NCBI GenBank assembly: GCA_039818205.1 | Contig: JBCBUK010000014.1 | Location: 53,192-117,191 of the forward strand | Direction of reading: 5' to 3' | DNA from: Verrucomicrobiota bacterium | GTDB lineage: Bacteria; Verrucomicrobiota; Verrucomicrobiia; Opitutales; Cerasicoccaceae | Length of the DNA stretch: 64,000 nucleotides | In this document: positions 20,085 through 32,048 of the stretch, in pieces | How the letters are laid out: each line of letters opens with the position of its first letter | Numbering within the stretch: position 1 is the stretch's first letter | The notes under the pieces: model-generated | The model's input: the letters and a program-made list of their open reading frames with translations, nothing else | Told to the model about the DNA's origin: nothing | The model's database searches: none | Position numbers and translations under genes: made by a program

Positions 20085-21142
20085 AGTTCGGAATCATCGG
20101 CACCGGCATGATTGCCAATGTCCACGCGCATGCTATTCAGGACATGCCCAACGGCGAGCTTGTCGGGGTCTACGGCAGCAATCCAGCCAAGACAACGGCT
20201 TTGGCGGAGAAGTTTGGCGTAACGGCATTCTCGACTCTCGATGAGATGCTCAACGACGACTCGATCGATATCGTCACCGTCGCCACACCATCAGGTGCTC
20301 ACCTGAATCCGACACTCGCGGCAATTGCAGCCGGCAAGCATCTGGCGATCGAGAAGCCGCTCGAAATTACGACCGAACGGATCGACCAGATGATCGCAGC
20401 AGCCAAAAGCAAGGGTGTGATGCTTTCGGCCATTTTGAACCGCCGCTTTCACCCCGCCATGGGTGTTTTCAAGCAGGCGGCGGAGAACAACCGCTTTGGT
20501 CGGCTGACCTCGGCGTCGGCCTACATCAAATGGTACCGAGACCAGGCCTACTACGACTCTGGCGCCTGGCGGGGCACCTGGGAGCTTGATGGCGGTGGAG
20601 CGCTCATGAATCAATCAATCCACACGATCGACGCGCTGATTTACCTGGCTGGGCCCGTGAAGTCTGTCCAGGCAACCACCGCGTGCCTCGCCCATGAGAA
20701 TATCGATGTCGAAGACATTGGCGTCGCCGTAGTCGAATTTGCGAACGGAGCCCGTGGGGTCATCGAAGGCTCCACCTGCACCTGGTCGAAGGACGGGCAC
20801 CCAGCCCGGGTTCAACTCGCCGGTACCGAAGGTTCGGCGTTCCTCGCCGATGAGTCGTTCGAGGTGTGGGACTTCATGCATGAAACTGCTGAAGACGACG
20901 CCATCCGTGCTCAATATATGATGGGCGCGACTCCCGGCCTTGGTGCCAACGACCCGAAAGCGATCAATACGATTCAGCACCAGCGAAATTTTGAGGAAAT
21001 CGTTGCCGCGGTCCAGGAGAACCGTGCACCCAGTACCTCTGCCGAAACCGCGCGCCAAAGTGTTGAACTGATTGAAGCAATCTACCACTCTGCCCAAAAT
21101 AATGGCGAAAAAGTCGCGCTTTCTTCCGTCCTCGTTGGTTAG
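20081..21142 (+). CDS. Cytoplasmic Gfo/Idh/MocA oxidoreductase
   Basis: GIIGTGMIA, ATPSGAH, IEKPL, WRGTWELDGGGALMNQSIHTID. ATGA overlap with the upstream gene. Confidence 0.92.
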   Translation: MKFGIIGTGMIANVHAHAIQDMPNGELVGVYGSNPAKTTALAEKFGVTAFSTLDEMLNDDSIDIVTVATPSGAHLNPTLAAIAAGKHLAIEKPLEITTERIDQMIAAAKSKGVMLSAILNRRFHPAMGVFKQAAENNRFGRLTSASAYIKWYRDQAYYDSGAWRGTWELDGGGALMNQSIHTIDALIYLAGPVKSVQATTACLAHENIDVEDIGVAVVEFANGARGVIEGSTCTWSKDGHPARVQLAGTEGSAFLADESFEVWDFMHETAEDDAIRAQYMMGATPGLGANDPKAINTIQHQRNFEEIVAAVQENRAPSTSAETARQSVELIEAIYHSAQNNGEKVALSSVLVG

Positions 21143-21200
21143 GATGAGTTTAGATTATTTCACCAGCAGTGGTGGAAAACTGGTTTAACCTCGCCCAGAT

Positions 21201-21216
21201 TGACGATATATGACAA
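21201..21216 (+). promoter_or_regulatory. Candidate AraC-type binding site TGACGATATATGACAA
   Basis: 14/16 identity with 14111-14126. Lies in the AT-rich region upstream of the DoxX operon. Confidence 0.45.
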
Positions 21217-21463
21217 TACCGACCACTATCTATAGATAGCGTTTTATACCATTATCGGCAACCCACAGAGGTGACTACTTTTCCGTATACTCCTAAACAA
21301 CAATATTTTACATAGAAAAAAACCGTCTATTAAATTTACAATTATCGGCATTATTAGATTTTTTACACTTCCACTATTTGGTTGATTTATCGCCGTTTTG
21401 TTGCATCGATTGGTTTTTACACCCCCACACCCTTTCGCTTCACCCACATCACGATATACACCT

Positions 21464-21982
21464 ATGAGTTCAAACGAATCTGGCGGTAACGACCTAGGAC
21501 TAACCCTGGGAATGCTCACCCTCCGCATCTGGTTGGCAATGCGGTCCTTCCAAACCGGCCTCGAAAAGTATGCTGGTATGAAGGCCGACGACACCGCTGT
21601 CGAGTTAGATGGGGAACCCAACACCTACGGCCTGACCGAGGAGACCATGGAGAAAACCTACTCGTTTTCCGATTACCATGGCGTTCCCGCCGCCCTGGCA
21701 GACAAGTTCGCCAAGGAGCCCCTCATCCCTGGCTTTTTCCTGAAAATCTACGACGCCACCCTGGGACCCATCCTAATCATCCTGGGCATCACACTTCTCA
21801 TTGGCATCTGCACCCGCTTTACGCTGTTCGCTATGGGTCTGGTCTACTGCAGCCTGACTTTTGGTCTAATCCTCATCAAGCAAGACGCTGGCGTTGCCTG
21901 GCTCGGCATCCATATCATCATGGTTGTGCTGGCGCTCACGCTTGCAAGATACAATCGACTGGCTATAATGAATAAATTCTAG
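21464..21982 (+). CDS. DoxX-like membrane protein
   Basis: LRIWLAMRSFQTGLEKY motif then three more TM helices (GITLLIGICTR). Start at ATG 21464. Confidence 0.65.
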   Translation: MSSNESGGNDLGLTLGMLTLRIWLAMRSFQTGLEKYAGMKADDTAVELDGEPNTYGLTEETMEKTYSFSDYHGVPAALADKFAKEPLIPGFFLKIYDATLGPILIILGITLLIGICTRFTLFAMGLVYCSLTFGLILIKQDAGVAWLGIHIIMVVLALTLARYNRLAIMNKF

Positions 21983-22002
21983 CCACGTGACTCATACATA
22001 AG

Positions 22003-23412
22003 ATGAATAAGCAACAATCCCCTATCCACCGCCGCGATTTCCTCTCGAAATCCACGTTGGGAGCCGGGCTCTTGCTCGGTGCGCCCGCTATCCTGAAGGC
22101 CTCGACCTCTGACTCTTCAAAGGACGCTCCAGCAGCGTCCGGTGCTGACGACATTCGTGTTGGCTTTATTGGATGCGGGAAACAACACATCGTCCTCCGG
22201 GACGCGATGCTCGACCTGCCCGGTGTTCGCTACGTAGCGGCTGCCGACATTATGAAATCCCGTCTCCAAGAAACGACGGGCACGATCTACAAGAAATTTG
22301 ACTACCGTCCGAAGCCTTACCTGAGCGCCGAAGAGATGCTCGAAAAGGAAGACTTGGATGCCGTCTTCGTCGCAACGCCCGATTTCTGGCACGCACCGCA
22401 TACCGTGATGGCCCTTGAAGCCGGCTGCCACGTTTATTGCGAAAAGATGATGTCCAACACCATCGAAGGCGCGCGCAGCATGGTTGAAGCGATGGACCGC
22501 ACTGGTAAACTTTGCCAAATTGGTCACCAACGTCGCAGCAACCCACGCTATTTGTTCACCCTCAATGAGCTCATTCGCAAGAATCAGCTCTGCGGGCAAA
22601 TCGTGAACATCAACGGCCAATGGAACCGCTCGCTCTCTGCTTCGCAGCCGATCGGTGCTCAGATGAAGAAGTCGCTGCTGCCGAAGGATGATATCATCCA
22701 AGAGTATGGCTTTGCCGCAGGTGCCGAAGGCAAACTAAGCAAAGAAGACCTGCAGGACCGCTTCCTCAACTGGCGCTTCTACAAGGCCCTCTCTGGCGGA
22801 CCCATCTCCGACCTTGGTGCCCACCAGATCGACATCTTCAACTGGTTCCTGGGCACTCAACCCACCTCGGTCATGGCATCGGGCGGGCACAATTACTTCA
22901 AGGACCGCGAACACTTCGACAACGTGATGTGTGTATTCGACTACGATACACCCGATGGCGGTGCCCGCGCATTCTACCAAGTGTTGACCACGACGAGCGC
23001 TGGCGGCGGCTACTACGAGTCCTTCATGGGCACGGATGGCACCATCGAAATCTCGGAGCGCGAAGCCTACACGAACATTTACAAGGAATCGGGAGCCGAC
23101 GGCAAAAAGTGGGACGACCTCGTTCGCCGTGGATACCTCAAGAAAGAAGCTGACGGGAAGGCCGCGGGCGGCGCAGACGCAATCGCGTCCTACGCATCGG
23201 CTCCACCCGACAAATATGCCCTACCGGGCGGCTTGAACAAGCCACCGCACCAGCCGCATATTGCAAACTTCTTGGCGGCAATTCGTGGAGAAGCGAAGTT
23301 GACGTGTGATGCCCGTCATGCCTTAGAATCCGAAGCTCCCATTTATTGGGTCAACCCGGCTGCTGAAAACCGGGGAACTATCATTCTTACTGAAGAGCAC
23401 CTGCATACCTAA
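22003..23412 (+). CDS. Tat-exported Gfo/Idh/MocA oxidoreductase
   Basis: [47 protein letters not shown]...HQIDIFNW. Confidence 0.92.
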   Translation: MNKQQSPIHRRDFLSKSTLGAGLLLGAPAILKASTSDSSKDAPAASGADDIRVGFIGCGKQHIVLRDAMLDLPGVRYVAAADIMKSRLQETTGTIYKKFDYRPKPYLSAEEMLEKEDLDAVFVATPDFWHAPHTVMALEAGCHVYCEKMMSNTIEGARSMVEAMDRTGKLCQIGHQRRSNPRYLFTLNELIRKNQLCGQIVNINGQWNRSLSASQPIGAQMKKSLLPKDDIIQEYGFAAGAEGKLSKEDLQDRFLNWRFYKALSGGPISDLGAHQIDIFNWFLGTQPTSVMASGGHNYFKDREHFDNVMCVFDYDTPDGGARAFYQVLTTTSAGGGYYESFMGTDGTIEISEREAYTNIYKESGADGKKWDDLVRRGYLKKEADGKAAGGADAIASYASAPPDKYALPGGLNKPPHQPHIANFLAAIRGEAKLTCDARHALESEAPIYWVNPAAENRGTIILTEEHLHT

Positions 23413-23416
23413 CGAT

Positions 23417-24142
<726 letters not shown>

Positions 24143-24164
24143 GCTCAACAGCCACTTTTTATGC

Positions 24165-24196
24165 AAAAGGACACCGCTCGAGCGGTGTCCTTTTTT
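24165..24196. terminator. Bidirectional terminator (perfect 30-bp palindrome)
   Basis: AAAAGGACACCGCTCGAGCGGTGTCCTTTT between convergent operons. Confidence 0.85.
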
Positions 24197-24244
24197 GTTA
24201 AATCGGTTTACCGGAGTTCCTCGCTCCAGCATCGGGCACTCTAG

Positions 24245-25078
24245 CTATTTGGCGCGATTGACCGACTGTACTTGGGCGCTGCGATCAATATTTAGATTGG
24301 CGGCGCGGCCGTCTTCATCATCGGGAATGTAGACGATCAGCTTATTACACAGGTCGAGGTGCGCTTTCACATCGTCGCCGGTGGTGAAGGTCAAACAGTG
24401 GCCTCCAAAGTCCTTGGCGTCATTGAGAAAGTGGAGGTGGAAGCCTGGTGGGTTGAGCGTCGAGGCGTACTGCGGATAGTAGAAGCCAACCAAGCTGCCC
24501 TTAACATCATCTTGTTCGAAGATGGACTGAACCTTGGTGATATCCGCCAGGCTCGGGTAAGGTTTCTCGTTCTGCTTGGGGATACTGCGGCACTTCATAT
24601 ATTTGAAGGTGCCCGAAATCTGGATCGCGTAGGGTGTGTTGATGTTCGGGAGCTGTTTCTCCACAAACTTCGAAACCTCATCGTAGGTCAACCCCTCTGG
24701 AATATCGATCACTTGATCTGGCTGGAAGTTGGCCATCGTGATGTAAGGCGTCGTGGCGCTGTACGGCATCTCGTGCACCTTGCCATCGTAATCAATTTGG
24801 TAGATGACCCCATCAATCATGTAGAGCTCACCGTCGAGCTTATCGAAAGTGCCGAGACCAAAATTTCCGTAAGGTCTCAGCTCTTCGAAGCTGACGGATC
24901 CATCATACAGACCGGCAAGGAGACCGTTGTAGGACGACACTTGAGTCACACAATTGCGATGGAGATCAAGTGTCTCGTGCGAGCCCGCAGGCTTCGGTTC
25001 GCTGTGCGGCGCTTTGGCAAAGCAGGCAGCAGCGAGCGTTAAGGCGACAAAGGAGAAGAGATAATTGTTTCGAACCAT
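24245..25078 (-). CDS. budA: Alpha-acetolactate decarboxylase family protein with N-terminal signal peptide
   Basis: QVSSYNGLLAGLYDG, GNFGLGTFDKLDGE, GSLVGFYYP, Zn ligands GFHLHF...GGH. Confidence 0.88.
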   Translation of the reverse strand: MVRNNYLFSFVALTLAAACFAKAPHSEPKPAGSHETLDLHRNCVTQVSSYNGLLAGLYDGSVSFEELRPYGNFGLGTFDKLDGELYMIDGVIYQIDYDGKVHEMPYSATTPYITMANFQPDQVIDIPEGLTYDEVSKFVEKQLPNINTPYAIQISGTFKYMKCRSIPKQNEKPYPSLADITKVQSIFEQDDVKGSLVGFYYPQYASTLNPPGFHLHFLNDAKDFGGHCLTFTTGDDVKAHLDLCNKLIVYIPDDEDGRAANLNIDRSAQVQSVNRAK

Positions 25079-25148
25079 AGGAGTGATTGAGTTCGAAGAA
25101 TAGATACGACCTTTGCCGCCATAAGGCTAGCCCGAATATATCAACACT

Positions 25149-26441
25149 CTAGGTCTTGATGCGGATCTCTTTCGCTTCGCCTTGAATTGCTGGCACCTCT
25201 TCCGGCAGAACAACCTCACCGCGCTCAAAGTCGATTGGGCGAGGCGACATCTCCATCGAGTAGAACGGTGATTTCTTGTTCTCAGTAAGATCAACCCAGC
25301 GAATAAATTTTCCAGTGTATGCAGACATGCGACCACCGATCGCCGCCAGGCTCGCTTCGGCGATTTCCTGTGCTCCGTTGATGGGCTTATCCGTGCGGAT
25401 CGCCCGAATCAATTCAACCTGCTGCTGGATATTGCCATCATCAAATTCCTGCTCGATTGGATCAATTGAAACCTCTTTGCCGACGACCTTCATTCCGTTG
25501 GTGTAACCATCGACGCCGCGGAAGGTTTCTCCGACCCGATTGTAGCAACCGCTGATTTGACGGCACTGGCTTTGAACGTGAATGCCATCACCGTAGTCAC
25601 AATCGACGGCAAAGAAGTCGAACTGGTTACCGGTTTCACGGCGAGCGCGACCACCCATTCCCATAAATGAGATCGGATTTCGGCCCAGATACCAACGGGC
25701 GATGTCAAACTGGTGGACGTGTTGCTCGGCAATATGATCGCCTGAGAGTTCAACGAAGTTGAGCCAGTTGCGGGTAATGTAGTCGGCATCACTTTGGCCC
25801 GGCTGACGGGGTGAAATCCAAGGCACTTGACCATTCCAATAGATGCTTCCGCCAACGATCTCTCCGATCGCGCCTTGGTCAATCTTGGCCTTTTGCTCAC
25901 GGTACTTCTTATCGGAGCGGCGCTGCGTGCCAACGCCAATCGAAAGCCCCTTGTGGTCAGCCAACTCGCCCAGCTCCATGACCTTTCTTGCGCCGACTGG
26001 ATCCACGGCAACGGGCTTCTGCACAAACAAATGCTTGTCCGCATTCAGGCAGGCCTCCATATGCAACGGTCGGAAATTCGGTGGAGTCGCCATGAGGACC
26101 AGTTCAGCATCCGATTCGGCAACCTTATGGTAGGCATCGAAGCCGACATGTCCCACCGCAGGATCAATCTGATGCTTTTCCGCGAAGGCTTTTACACGAT
26201 CGGCAAACGGATCCGCGATTGCCACGAATTCGGGTTCGATGCCCAAAATCTCACAGGCCTTGCGGACCTGCCAAACATCGCCACCACTGCGGCCTCCGCA
26301 ACCGATAACACCGACCTTGAGTTTGCTGGTGTTTAGGCCGTTGTTTGTTTGCGCTCCAAGAATGTTAAAGCTGGCAACCGCGGCCGAGCCGAGTGCAGCT
26401 GTCTTCACAAAATTACGTCGGGTGAGGTTATACGTGTTCAT
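25149..26441 (-). CDS. Tat-exported Gfo/Idh/MocA oxidoreductase
   Basis: TRRNFVK, GVIGCGGR, ATPPNFRP, VQKPVAVD, GTQRR, SGDHIAEQHVH. Confidence 0.92.
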   Translation of the reverse strand: MNTYNLTRRNFVKTAALGSAAVASFNILGAQTNNGLNTSKLKVGVIGCGGRSGGDVWQVRKACEILGIEPEFVAIADPFADRVKAFAEKHQIDPAVGHVGFDAYHKVAESDAELVLMATPPNFRPLHMEACLNADKHLFVQKPVAVDPVGARKVMELGELADHKGLSIGVGTQRRSDKKYREQKAKIDQGAIGEIVGGSIYWNGQVPWISPRQPGQSDADYITRNWLNFVELSGDHIAEQHVHQFDIARWYLGRNPISFMGMGGRARRETGNQFDFFAVDCDYGDGIHVQSQCRQISGCYNRVGETFRGVDGYTNGMKVVGKEVSIDPIEQEFDDGNIQQQVELIRAIRTDKPINGAQEIAEASLAAIGGRMSAYTGKFIRWVDLTENKKSPFYSMEMSPRPIDFERGEVVLPEEVPAIQGEAKEIRIKT

Positions 26442-26457
26442 TATTGTATTGGCTTAA

Positions 26458-27243
26458 TTATTTGCTGCGAACGTTCTCGCTAACGGGTTTCCCTGCAGCC
26501 CACAGGAAGCCACGGGTAAGCATGTCCATGTAGTTTGGATCGAGCATCGTTTCATTGTGATGCCCAATCGACGTGGCGAAAACACGGGTCTTATTGGGGC
26601 CGTATTCATTCACCCAAACAGTCGAATGAGATTCTCCATTCTTCTCCGAGGTCGATTCCGCTAACGAAGTCATGGTCGGATAGATGGTCTTAATAAAATA
26701 GAGTTCGCCCTGCGGAGTGGTCCAATTGCTCATCCCCTCCGTGATCTCGTGATCAGGGTTCACGATCCGGACTTCGAACGGGTGCTTGGCGCCATGTCCC
26801 GGCGAATGGACGCCGCAGAACTTCCACCAGTCTTCAGCGGTCGAGCCCTCGCGATAGCAATGCATCGAGCAATGGATCATCACGGCAGGCACACCATCAA
26901 GGTGTGGTTGCAGAATACCGGCAATATACTCCTCGTCGCTAATGTGGGCAAAACACTCGTTGTGCACAACGACATCATAGCCTTTGGCCCAATCGGGATT
27001 CTTATAGAAATCAAGCAACACATCGCCTGCTTTCGTTCGCTGGTGCAATATCGTCCATTGAACTCGAAGCTTGGAGTTATCATCGATGCCACTAGGAATA
27101 ATCTCCTGCTGCGTATCGTAGTCATGGCAGCAGCCACCGGTAATCAGAAGTGCTTTAACATCCGGCTTTGGGCTTGGCTTGGGCTTTGCCACCAAACTAC
27201 TGGCGACAAAGAAACTAAGCATGAGGGTAACAATGATCTTCAT
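26458..27243 (-). CDS. Secreted ThuA-like (trehalose utilization, GATase-fold) protein
   Basis: Signal peptide, [25 protein letters not shown]...[14 protein letters not shown]...RGFLWA. Confidence 0.85.
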   Translation of the reverse strand: MKIIVTLMLSFFVASSLVAKPKPSPKPDVKALLITGGCCHDYDTQQEIIPSGIDDNSKLRVQWTILHQRTKAGDVLLDFYKNPDWAKGYDVVVHNECFAHISDEEYIAGILQPHLDGVPAVMIHCSMHCYREGSTAEDWWKFCGVHSPGHGAKHPFEVRIVNPDHEITEGMSNWTTPQGELYFIKTIYPTMTSLAESTSEKNGESHSTVWVNEYGPNKTRVFATSIGHHNETMLDPNYMDMLTRGFLWAAGKPVSENVRSK

Positions 27244-27250
27244 GGTAAAA

Positions 27251-28804
27251 TTAGCCGTCTTTCTTGGGTTTTGGATAGTCTTGATTCAATTCCATATCGG
27301 CCTCACTCGGAGTCCGTGACTCGACGCCCTTCTCAGGCACTTCTGACTTTGCAGTCCAAAGTAATGCGTTAAGCACCGTCTTTCGAAAATCGTCGTGCAT
27401 CCAGTTTTGATGAAAGTGTCCTCCGGTAAAACCGAAGGCGCGCCCGCCATCGGGCCGATCATAGGCCCAGGCAACCACCTGCGGTTTTCCTGCCTTAACC
27501 TCCGAGAGTACGGTTGGATTGCTACCGCGATTCTTATCTTTGGATCGCGAGGTTAAACTACGAACCGGTGGCAGAGCGGAGAGAATCGGTGTGACACCAG
27601 CCATTTCGGGTTGAAACCGCATATGATAATACCACTCGTCGCGGATCGTAAACGGCTCCACGCCCTGGGTGATCGGATGATCGGGAAACTCGGTGAATTC
27701 AGCATCCCAATGTGGGTTCACCGACCAACCAATCTCAAAGTATCCACCCATCCAATCCAAAAATGTCGGCCCCAATACCTCCGGCTCAACCTCGACCGCA
27801 AAGTGTAGGCAGGCCACTCCGACACCGTCATCGACCAAGGCTTGAATCTTGTCTTGATGCTTCTTTGCCATGTGCCCTTTAAACCCGTCACAATACATTA
27901 CCACCGTATCCGGTTGTTGGTAGCCAACCCATCGCTGCGGCCACTCGCCTTCGGTCACCACTTGAGCAACGACATCGGTATTGCTTTCATTCAAACTTCG
28001 GGCCAAGAGCAAACTTCCCGCCTTGTGTTCGTGTGCGTTGTAACCGTGACTTTTCTCTCCGGCCAGAAACAGGATTTCTTTCTTATCCTCAGGCTCAAGC
28101 ACGCGCAACTGAATGTTACGGAAACGCACTTGCATCGGTGGACCCTGATGCAACTGCAATGCGATTAGACCGTCTTCCAAACGATCATCGGCATTCTCGG
28201 AAAACTCTGAAACCACGACTCCGTTGATCTTCTGGATACATTGGTTACCCCGAGCGATGATGTGGTAGGTATTCCATCCATCAAGATCGATGGCCTCAAG
28301 GATCTCATCAGCATCGCCCACGCGGGCGACAACCTCAACGTCTCCCTTCTTCGATCCGACAACCGTCTTCTCACCGCGCCTAGCGAGCACACCCTTGTGG
28401 CGTTCGCCATAGGCGGCGCCCATCCACTGAGGATCTTCGGCGATATCGGCCTGATACCCACCGACGACCCATTGGCCCTTTTCTTCAACCGGGAAACTGC
28501 GGTATTGAATCCCGCTGTTGTGGTTAACCAACTTAAAATCGACCTTGAGCTCGAAGTCTTTAACGTTGTCACCCTCCCAGATTAGAAAGGTGTTCGCGGG
28601 CGTGCGGTTATCTGCCGTGGTTTCGCCAACAATGTCACCATCTTCAACGCGCCAAAACTTGGGATCGCCATCCCAACCATCCAACGTCTTTCCATCAAAC
28701 AGCTCGACGAAAACACTGTCATCAGCAACGGCGACAGCCACGCCAAGCAGGCTTGGCAGCAGCCAAGTCAATGCTCGTTTGAAATGGGGTTTGGAGAAAA
28801 ACAT
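27251..28804 (-). CDS. Secreted DUF1080 + ThuA-like fusion protein
   Basis: [40 protein letters not shown]. Then LAGEKSHG...HEH, CLHFAVE, HPITQGV...[18 protein letters not shown]. Confidence 0.88.
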   Translation of the reverse strand: MFFSKPHFKRALTWLLPSLLGVAVAVADDSVFVELFDGKTLDGWDGDPKFWRVEDGDIVGETTADNRTPANTFLIWEGDNVKDFELKVDFKLVNHNSGIQYRSFPVEEKGQWVVGGYQADIAEDPQWMGAAYGERHKGVLARRGEKTVVGSKKGDVEVVARVGDADEILEAIDLDGWNTYHIIARGNQCIQKINGVVVSEFSENADDRLEDGLIALQLHQGPPMQVRFRNIQLRVLEPEDKKEILFLAGEKSHGYNAHEHKAGSLLLARSLNESNTDVVAQVVTEGEWPQRWVGYQQPDTVVMYCDGFKGHMAKKHQDKIQALVDDGVGVACLHFAVEVEPEVLGPTFLDWMGGYFEIGWSVNPHWDAEFTEFPDHPITQGVEPFTIRDEWYYHMRFQPEMAGVTPILSALPPVRSLTSRSKDKNRGSNPTVLSEVKAGKPQVVAWAYDRPDGGRAFGFTGGHFHQNWMHDDFRKTVLNALLWTAKSEVPEKGVESRTPSEADMELNQDYPKPKKDG

Positions 28805-28808
28805 AGAA

Positions 28809-29684
28809 CTACACTTCGACTCGTTTCGAGTTCTCGATGGCTTTCCATTTGGTTCTTAAAAACTGTAAGCCTTCGGTCGCCAATTGTTCCGGACTATCGT
28901 AAAGCTGTCGCCAAATCGAGGCTGCTTTGGCAATAACATGATTCTCCTCCGAGAAACTCTCGATGATGATGTCTCCATCGTAATCGATATCCGAGAGTGC
29001 GCCCAAAACACCATCCCAGTCGACCTGGTCATGCCCGAGAAGACCACGATGGCTCGCACTCGCGTGGACGTGGCCAATTAAACTACCCGCCTGGCGAATC
29101 GCCTCTCCGGAGTCCATCTCCTCGATATTCATGTGAAACGTATCGAGGTGGATCTTCAGCGCATTACTTCCCACTTCGTTGATTAGTTCTGTGGCCTGCC
29201 CCAAGGTGTTGATGCAGTCGGTTTCAAAGCGATTGAGCGGCTCCAGCGCCAATATAACACCTGCATCTTCTGCTTTCGCACAAAGTGGGCGGAGTGCGTC
29301 ACAGATCTGTGCCCGTTGTCGCGCCCGCTCCGATTCCGTATGCGAACCGGTGCGGCCGGTCTCCGAATAGAATGGCCCACAGATCACCTTCGAATTCAAG
29401 CTGACGGCAAGGTCGATCAACTCACAAACATAGTGAACCGTGGCCGCGCAGTCCTGCGGCGAACCCCGAAGATCACGACCTGGACCAAAGGCGCCGCAGA
29501 TCACAGGCTCATCAAGCCCAGCAACTTCCAACTGATCCTTGAGCCGGATCGGATCAACCGATTCTGGATCAACAATGGCCAGCTCCACGGCCTCAGCCCC
29601 ATAAGACTTGAAGGTCTCAATCAAGGGTAGATCCGCATTGGTAAAACCAGGACTGACGAGAAAGGTATTTAAGCCAAATCGCAT
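28809..29684 (-). CDS. Sugar phosphate isomerase/epimerase (D-tagatose/psicose 3-epimerase-like, AP-endonuclease-2 TIM barrel)
   Basis: LALEPLNRFE, HLDTFHMNIEE, HVH...HRG, IIESF metal-binding motifs. Confidence 0.9.
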   Translation of the reverse strand: MRFGLNTFLVSPGFTNADLPLIETFKSYGAEAVELAIVDPESVDPIRLKDQLEVAGLDEPVICGAFGPGRDLRGSPQDCAATVHYVCELIDLAVSLNSKVICGPFYSETGRTGSHTESERARQRAQICDALRPLCAKAEDAGVILALEPLNRFETDCINTLGQATELINEVGSNALKIHLDTFHMNIEEMDSGEAIRQAGSLIGHVHASASHRGLLGHDQVDWDGVLGALSDIDYDGDIIIESFSEENHVIAKAASIWRQLYDSPEQLATEGLQFLRTKWKAIENSKRVEV

Positions 29685-29727
29685 AAGGTAACGGTGATAA
29701 GCTTACACGAAATAGGAGTAATATAGC

Positions 29728-29743
29728 TTGTAAATATTCCGCA
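29728..29743 (-). promoter_or_regulatory. Candidate AraC-type binding site TGCGGAATATTTACAA
   Basis: Lies in the short divergent gap between the epimerase operon and the PAS-AraC gene. Same TG-N10-ACAA frame as the other sites. Confidence 0.4.
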
Positions 29744-29778
29744 ATTTTGTGTATAGATTCGGCAACCCGCTAATTGTC

Positions 29779-30525
29779 ATGCCTCAACTGGAATCCGTCG
29801 TCGATCGCTCGGAATACGATCCAACCTCCATCTTGGCTCTATTTTCCGCCTTAAAGGACGTGTATCTATTCATAAAGGATCGAGACGGGTGCTTCATTGG
29901 GGCAAATGCCCTGCAGCTCGAAAAACTCGGGCTGAAGTCGGAAAACGAACTCATTGGCAAAACGGATTTCGATTTTTTTCCGAGCTACATGATCGCCCAC
30001 TACGCGCAAGACGACGCGAAGGTGATGCGCGATGGCGAACCGATCCTGCAACGGGTGGAGCTCGTGGCCAACCCCGATGGCTCAGTGTCCTGGCACGTCA
30101 CGAGCAAATTCCCCCTACGTGATCGGTCGGGTGATTGCATTGGCATCATTGGCTGCATGCGCGATTTCGTCCGAAGCGACAGCGCTTGGCAACCCTACCG
30201 CAGCATGAACGATGTCGTGGGCTACATCAACGAACACTATGCGGACTCCATTGAGATCGCGGACCTGGCTAAGATTGCTGGCTTGTCCGTCAGTCAATTT
30301 GAACGCCGCTTCAAAAGCGTTTTCCAGAAAACCCCGACAAGGTTCCTGATCCAATATCGCCTAACCTGTGCTAGCCGTTTGCTGATCAACACCAACGATA
30401 CCCTCAGCAGTATCGCCCACGAAGTTGGTTTCTATGACCACAGTCACTTTTCTCGCGAGTTCCAGAAACTGTTCGGAACTCCTCCGGGCGTCTATCGCCG
30501 GGAGCACAGCGCCAGCGCCTCATGA
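29779..30525 (+). CDS. AraC-family regulator with N-terminal PAS domain
   Basis: FIKDRDGCF...GKTDFDFFP...DDAKVM...TSKFPL and IAHEVGFYDHSHFSREF. Start at ATG 29779 (alternative GTG 29749). Confidence 0.9.
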   Translation: MPQLESVVDRSEYDPTSILALFSALKDVYLFIKDRDGCFIGANALQLEKLGLKSENELIGKTDFDFFPSYMIAHYAQDDAKVMRDGEPILQRVELVANPDGSVSWHVTSKFPLRDRSGDCIGIIGCMRDFVRSDSAWQPYRSMNDVVGYINEHYADSIEIADLAKIAGLSVSQFERRFKSVFQKTPTRFLIQYRLTCASRLLINTNDTLSSIAHEVGFYDHSHFSREFQKLFGTPPGVYRREHSASAS

Positions 30526-32048
30526 AGCAGAGTCTGACCTACATTTCTCTGTGGTTTGGCGTTCTGTTTGTTGGTCTATTCCTAAGGTCCGATGATCTGC
30601 TCGATCGGCCCATCCACTTCGATGAAGCAACCGGCGCACGCCTCTTGGGCAAACACCTTGAAGGCAATGGGTTCGATTTCAACCCGCAGCATTTTCACGG
30701 GCCCATACTAGCATACGTCACCGCGCCAATCGCCAAGGCGCGCGGGGAAAACTCCTGGGCAGAGCTTTCATTAACCACGCTGCGTGTTAGCCCCATCATC
30801 GCGGGCATGCTCCTCATCATCACGCCGCTGCTTTGGATTCGGGAGATTGGCCACCGCGCCACACTCGCCTCCAGCCTGTTTATCGCAACCTCGCCGTTGA
30901 TCGTCTACTACAACCGTATGTTCATCCACGAAAGTTGGCTGGCCTTGTTTGGAATGATCTCCGCAGCATTGCTTTTTCAACTGCTGTGCAAACCAACATT
31001 GCGCATCGGCGCTCTTACGGGTTTGGCGATGGCGCTCATGTTTGCCACCAAGGAGTCCTTTGCAATCTCGGTGCTTAGCTGGGGCGGAGGTATCGTGATC
31101 TACCTGGGCTACCGATTTTTTACCCGGGATAGCAATCCGATCAAGGATTGGAAACTCTACTTTAAACCTGGAATCGCCCTCGTGGTGGTCGGTTTCCTCG
31201 TCTCCGCGTTTTTCTACACCGATGGATTCCGCAACCCCAAGGGTATCGTCGATGCCGTGATGACCTACTTTGTCTACGAGACAACCGCAGGCCACGACAA
31301 AGCGTTTACCTATTATCTGGAATTGTTGCTCTGGCCCAAACATCTGCTCGGTCAGTGGTGGAGTGAGGGCTTGATTGCGATACTCGCATTGGTCGGGATC
31401 GTTCTTGCAGTCGTCCGCAAACACCAATCACGGGGACCCATTCTTTTCGTCTCCGCGATCGTCGTCGGGCATTTCCTCATCTACAGTCTGATCGGTTACA
31501 AAACTCCCTGGCTGATGGTACTGCCATGGTGCTACGCCTGCCTCCTGGCCGGTATGGTATTTCATGCGGCCAGCGGGTTGCGTCCGATTTCTGAATGGGG
31601 CCTGTATTTGGTAACTGCACTCGCACTCGTTTTCCAGATCGCCCAAAGCCGCACAAGTAGCGGACGCTTTGCTAACGATTTCCGCAATCCCTATACCTAC
31701 GTTCCTACCAGTAAGAACGCGCAGCAAATTGGCTCTTGGTTGAGCACGGTCGATTCGACAATTCAACCGCTCGGAACGATTGCCATCATCGGTCAGGAGT
31801 ATTGGCCGCTGCCATGGTATTTGCGGCAGTTTGAATCCGTTGGTTACTGGGCAGAGCTCCCCGCTGAAGCTGAGAATTTTTCAGTCTTGATCGCGACACC
31901 CTCAAAGTCGGCCGAAGCCGACGCCATGCTTGAGGCAACACACACCGCCTTGCCCCATGGCTTGAGGACAAACGTTGCCGTAACCATCTATCTAAAGAAC
32001 GATCTCTGGGACCAATGGATCCATCGACCCGAAACAGTGGACCGATAA
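30522..32048 (+). CDS. TIGR03663-like GT-C (PMT/GT39-like) membrane glycosyltransferase
   Basis: RPIHFDEA, FHGP, SPLIVYYNRMFIHE, MFATKES, GHDK...YY, YKTPW, YWPLPWYLR. Multiple TM helices. Confidence 0.8.
   Translation: MKQSLTYISLWFGVLFVGLFLRSDDLLDRPIHFDEATGARLLGKHLEGNGFDFNPQHFHGPILAYVTAPIAKARGENSWAELSLTTLRVSPIIAGMLLIITPLLWIREIGHRATLASSLFIATSPLIVYYNRMFIHESWLALFGMISAALLFQLLCKPTLRIGALTGLAMALMFATKESFAISVLSWGGGIVIYLGYRFFTRDSNPIKDWKLYFKPGIALVVVGFLVSAFFYTDGFRNPKGIVDAVMTYFVYETTAGHDKAFTYYLELLLWPKHLLGQWWSEGLIAILALVGIVLAVVRKHQSRGPILFVSAIVVGHFLIYSLIGYKTPWLMVLPWCYACLLAGMVFHAASGLRPISEWGLYLVTALALVFQIAQSRTSSGRFANDFRNPYTYVPTSKNAQQIGSWLSTVDSTIQPLGTIAIIGQEYWPLPWYLRQFESVGYWAELPAEAENFSVLIATPSKSAEADAMLEATHTALPHGLRTNVAVTIYLKNDLWDQWIHRPETVDR

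Noticed and set aside
21143..21463. 320-bp AT-rich intergenic region as a possible riboswitch or sRNA
   Set aside because: No recognisable aptamer consensus or stable structure. Better explained as promoter DNA.
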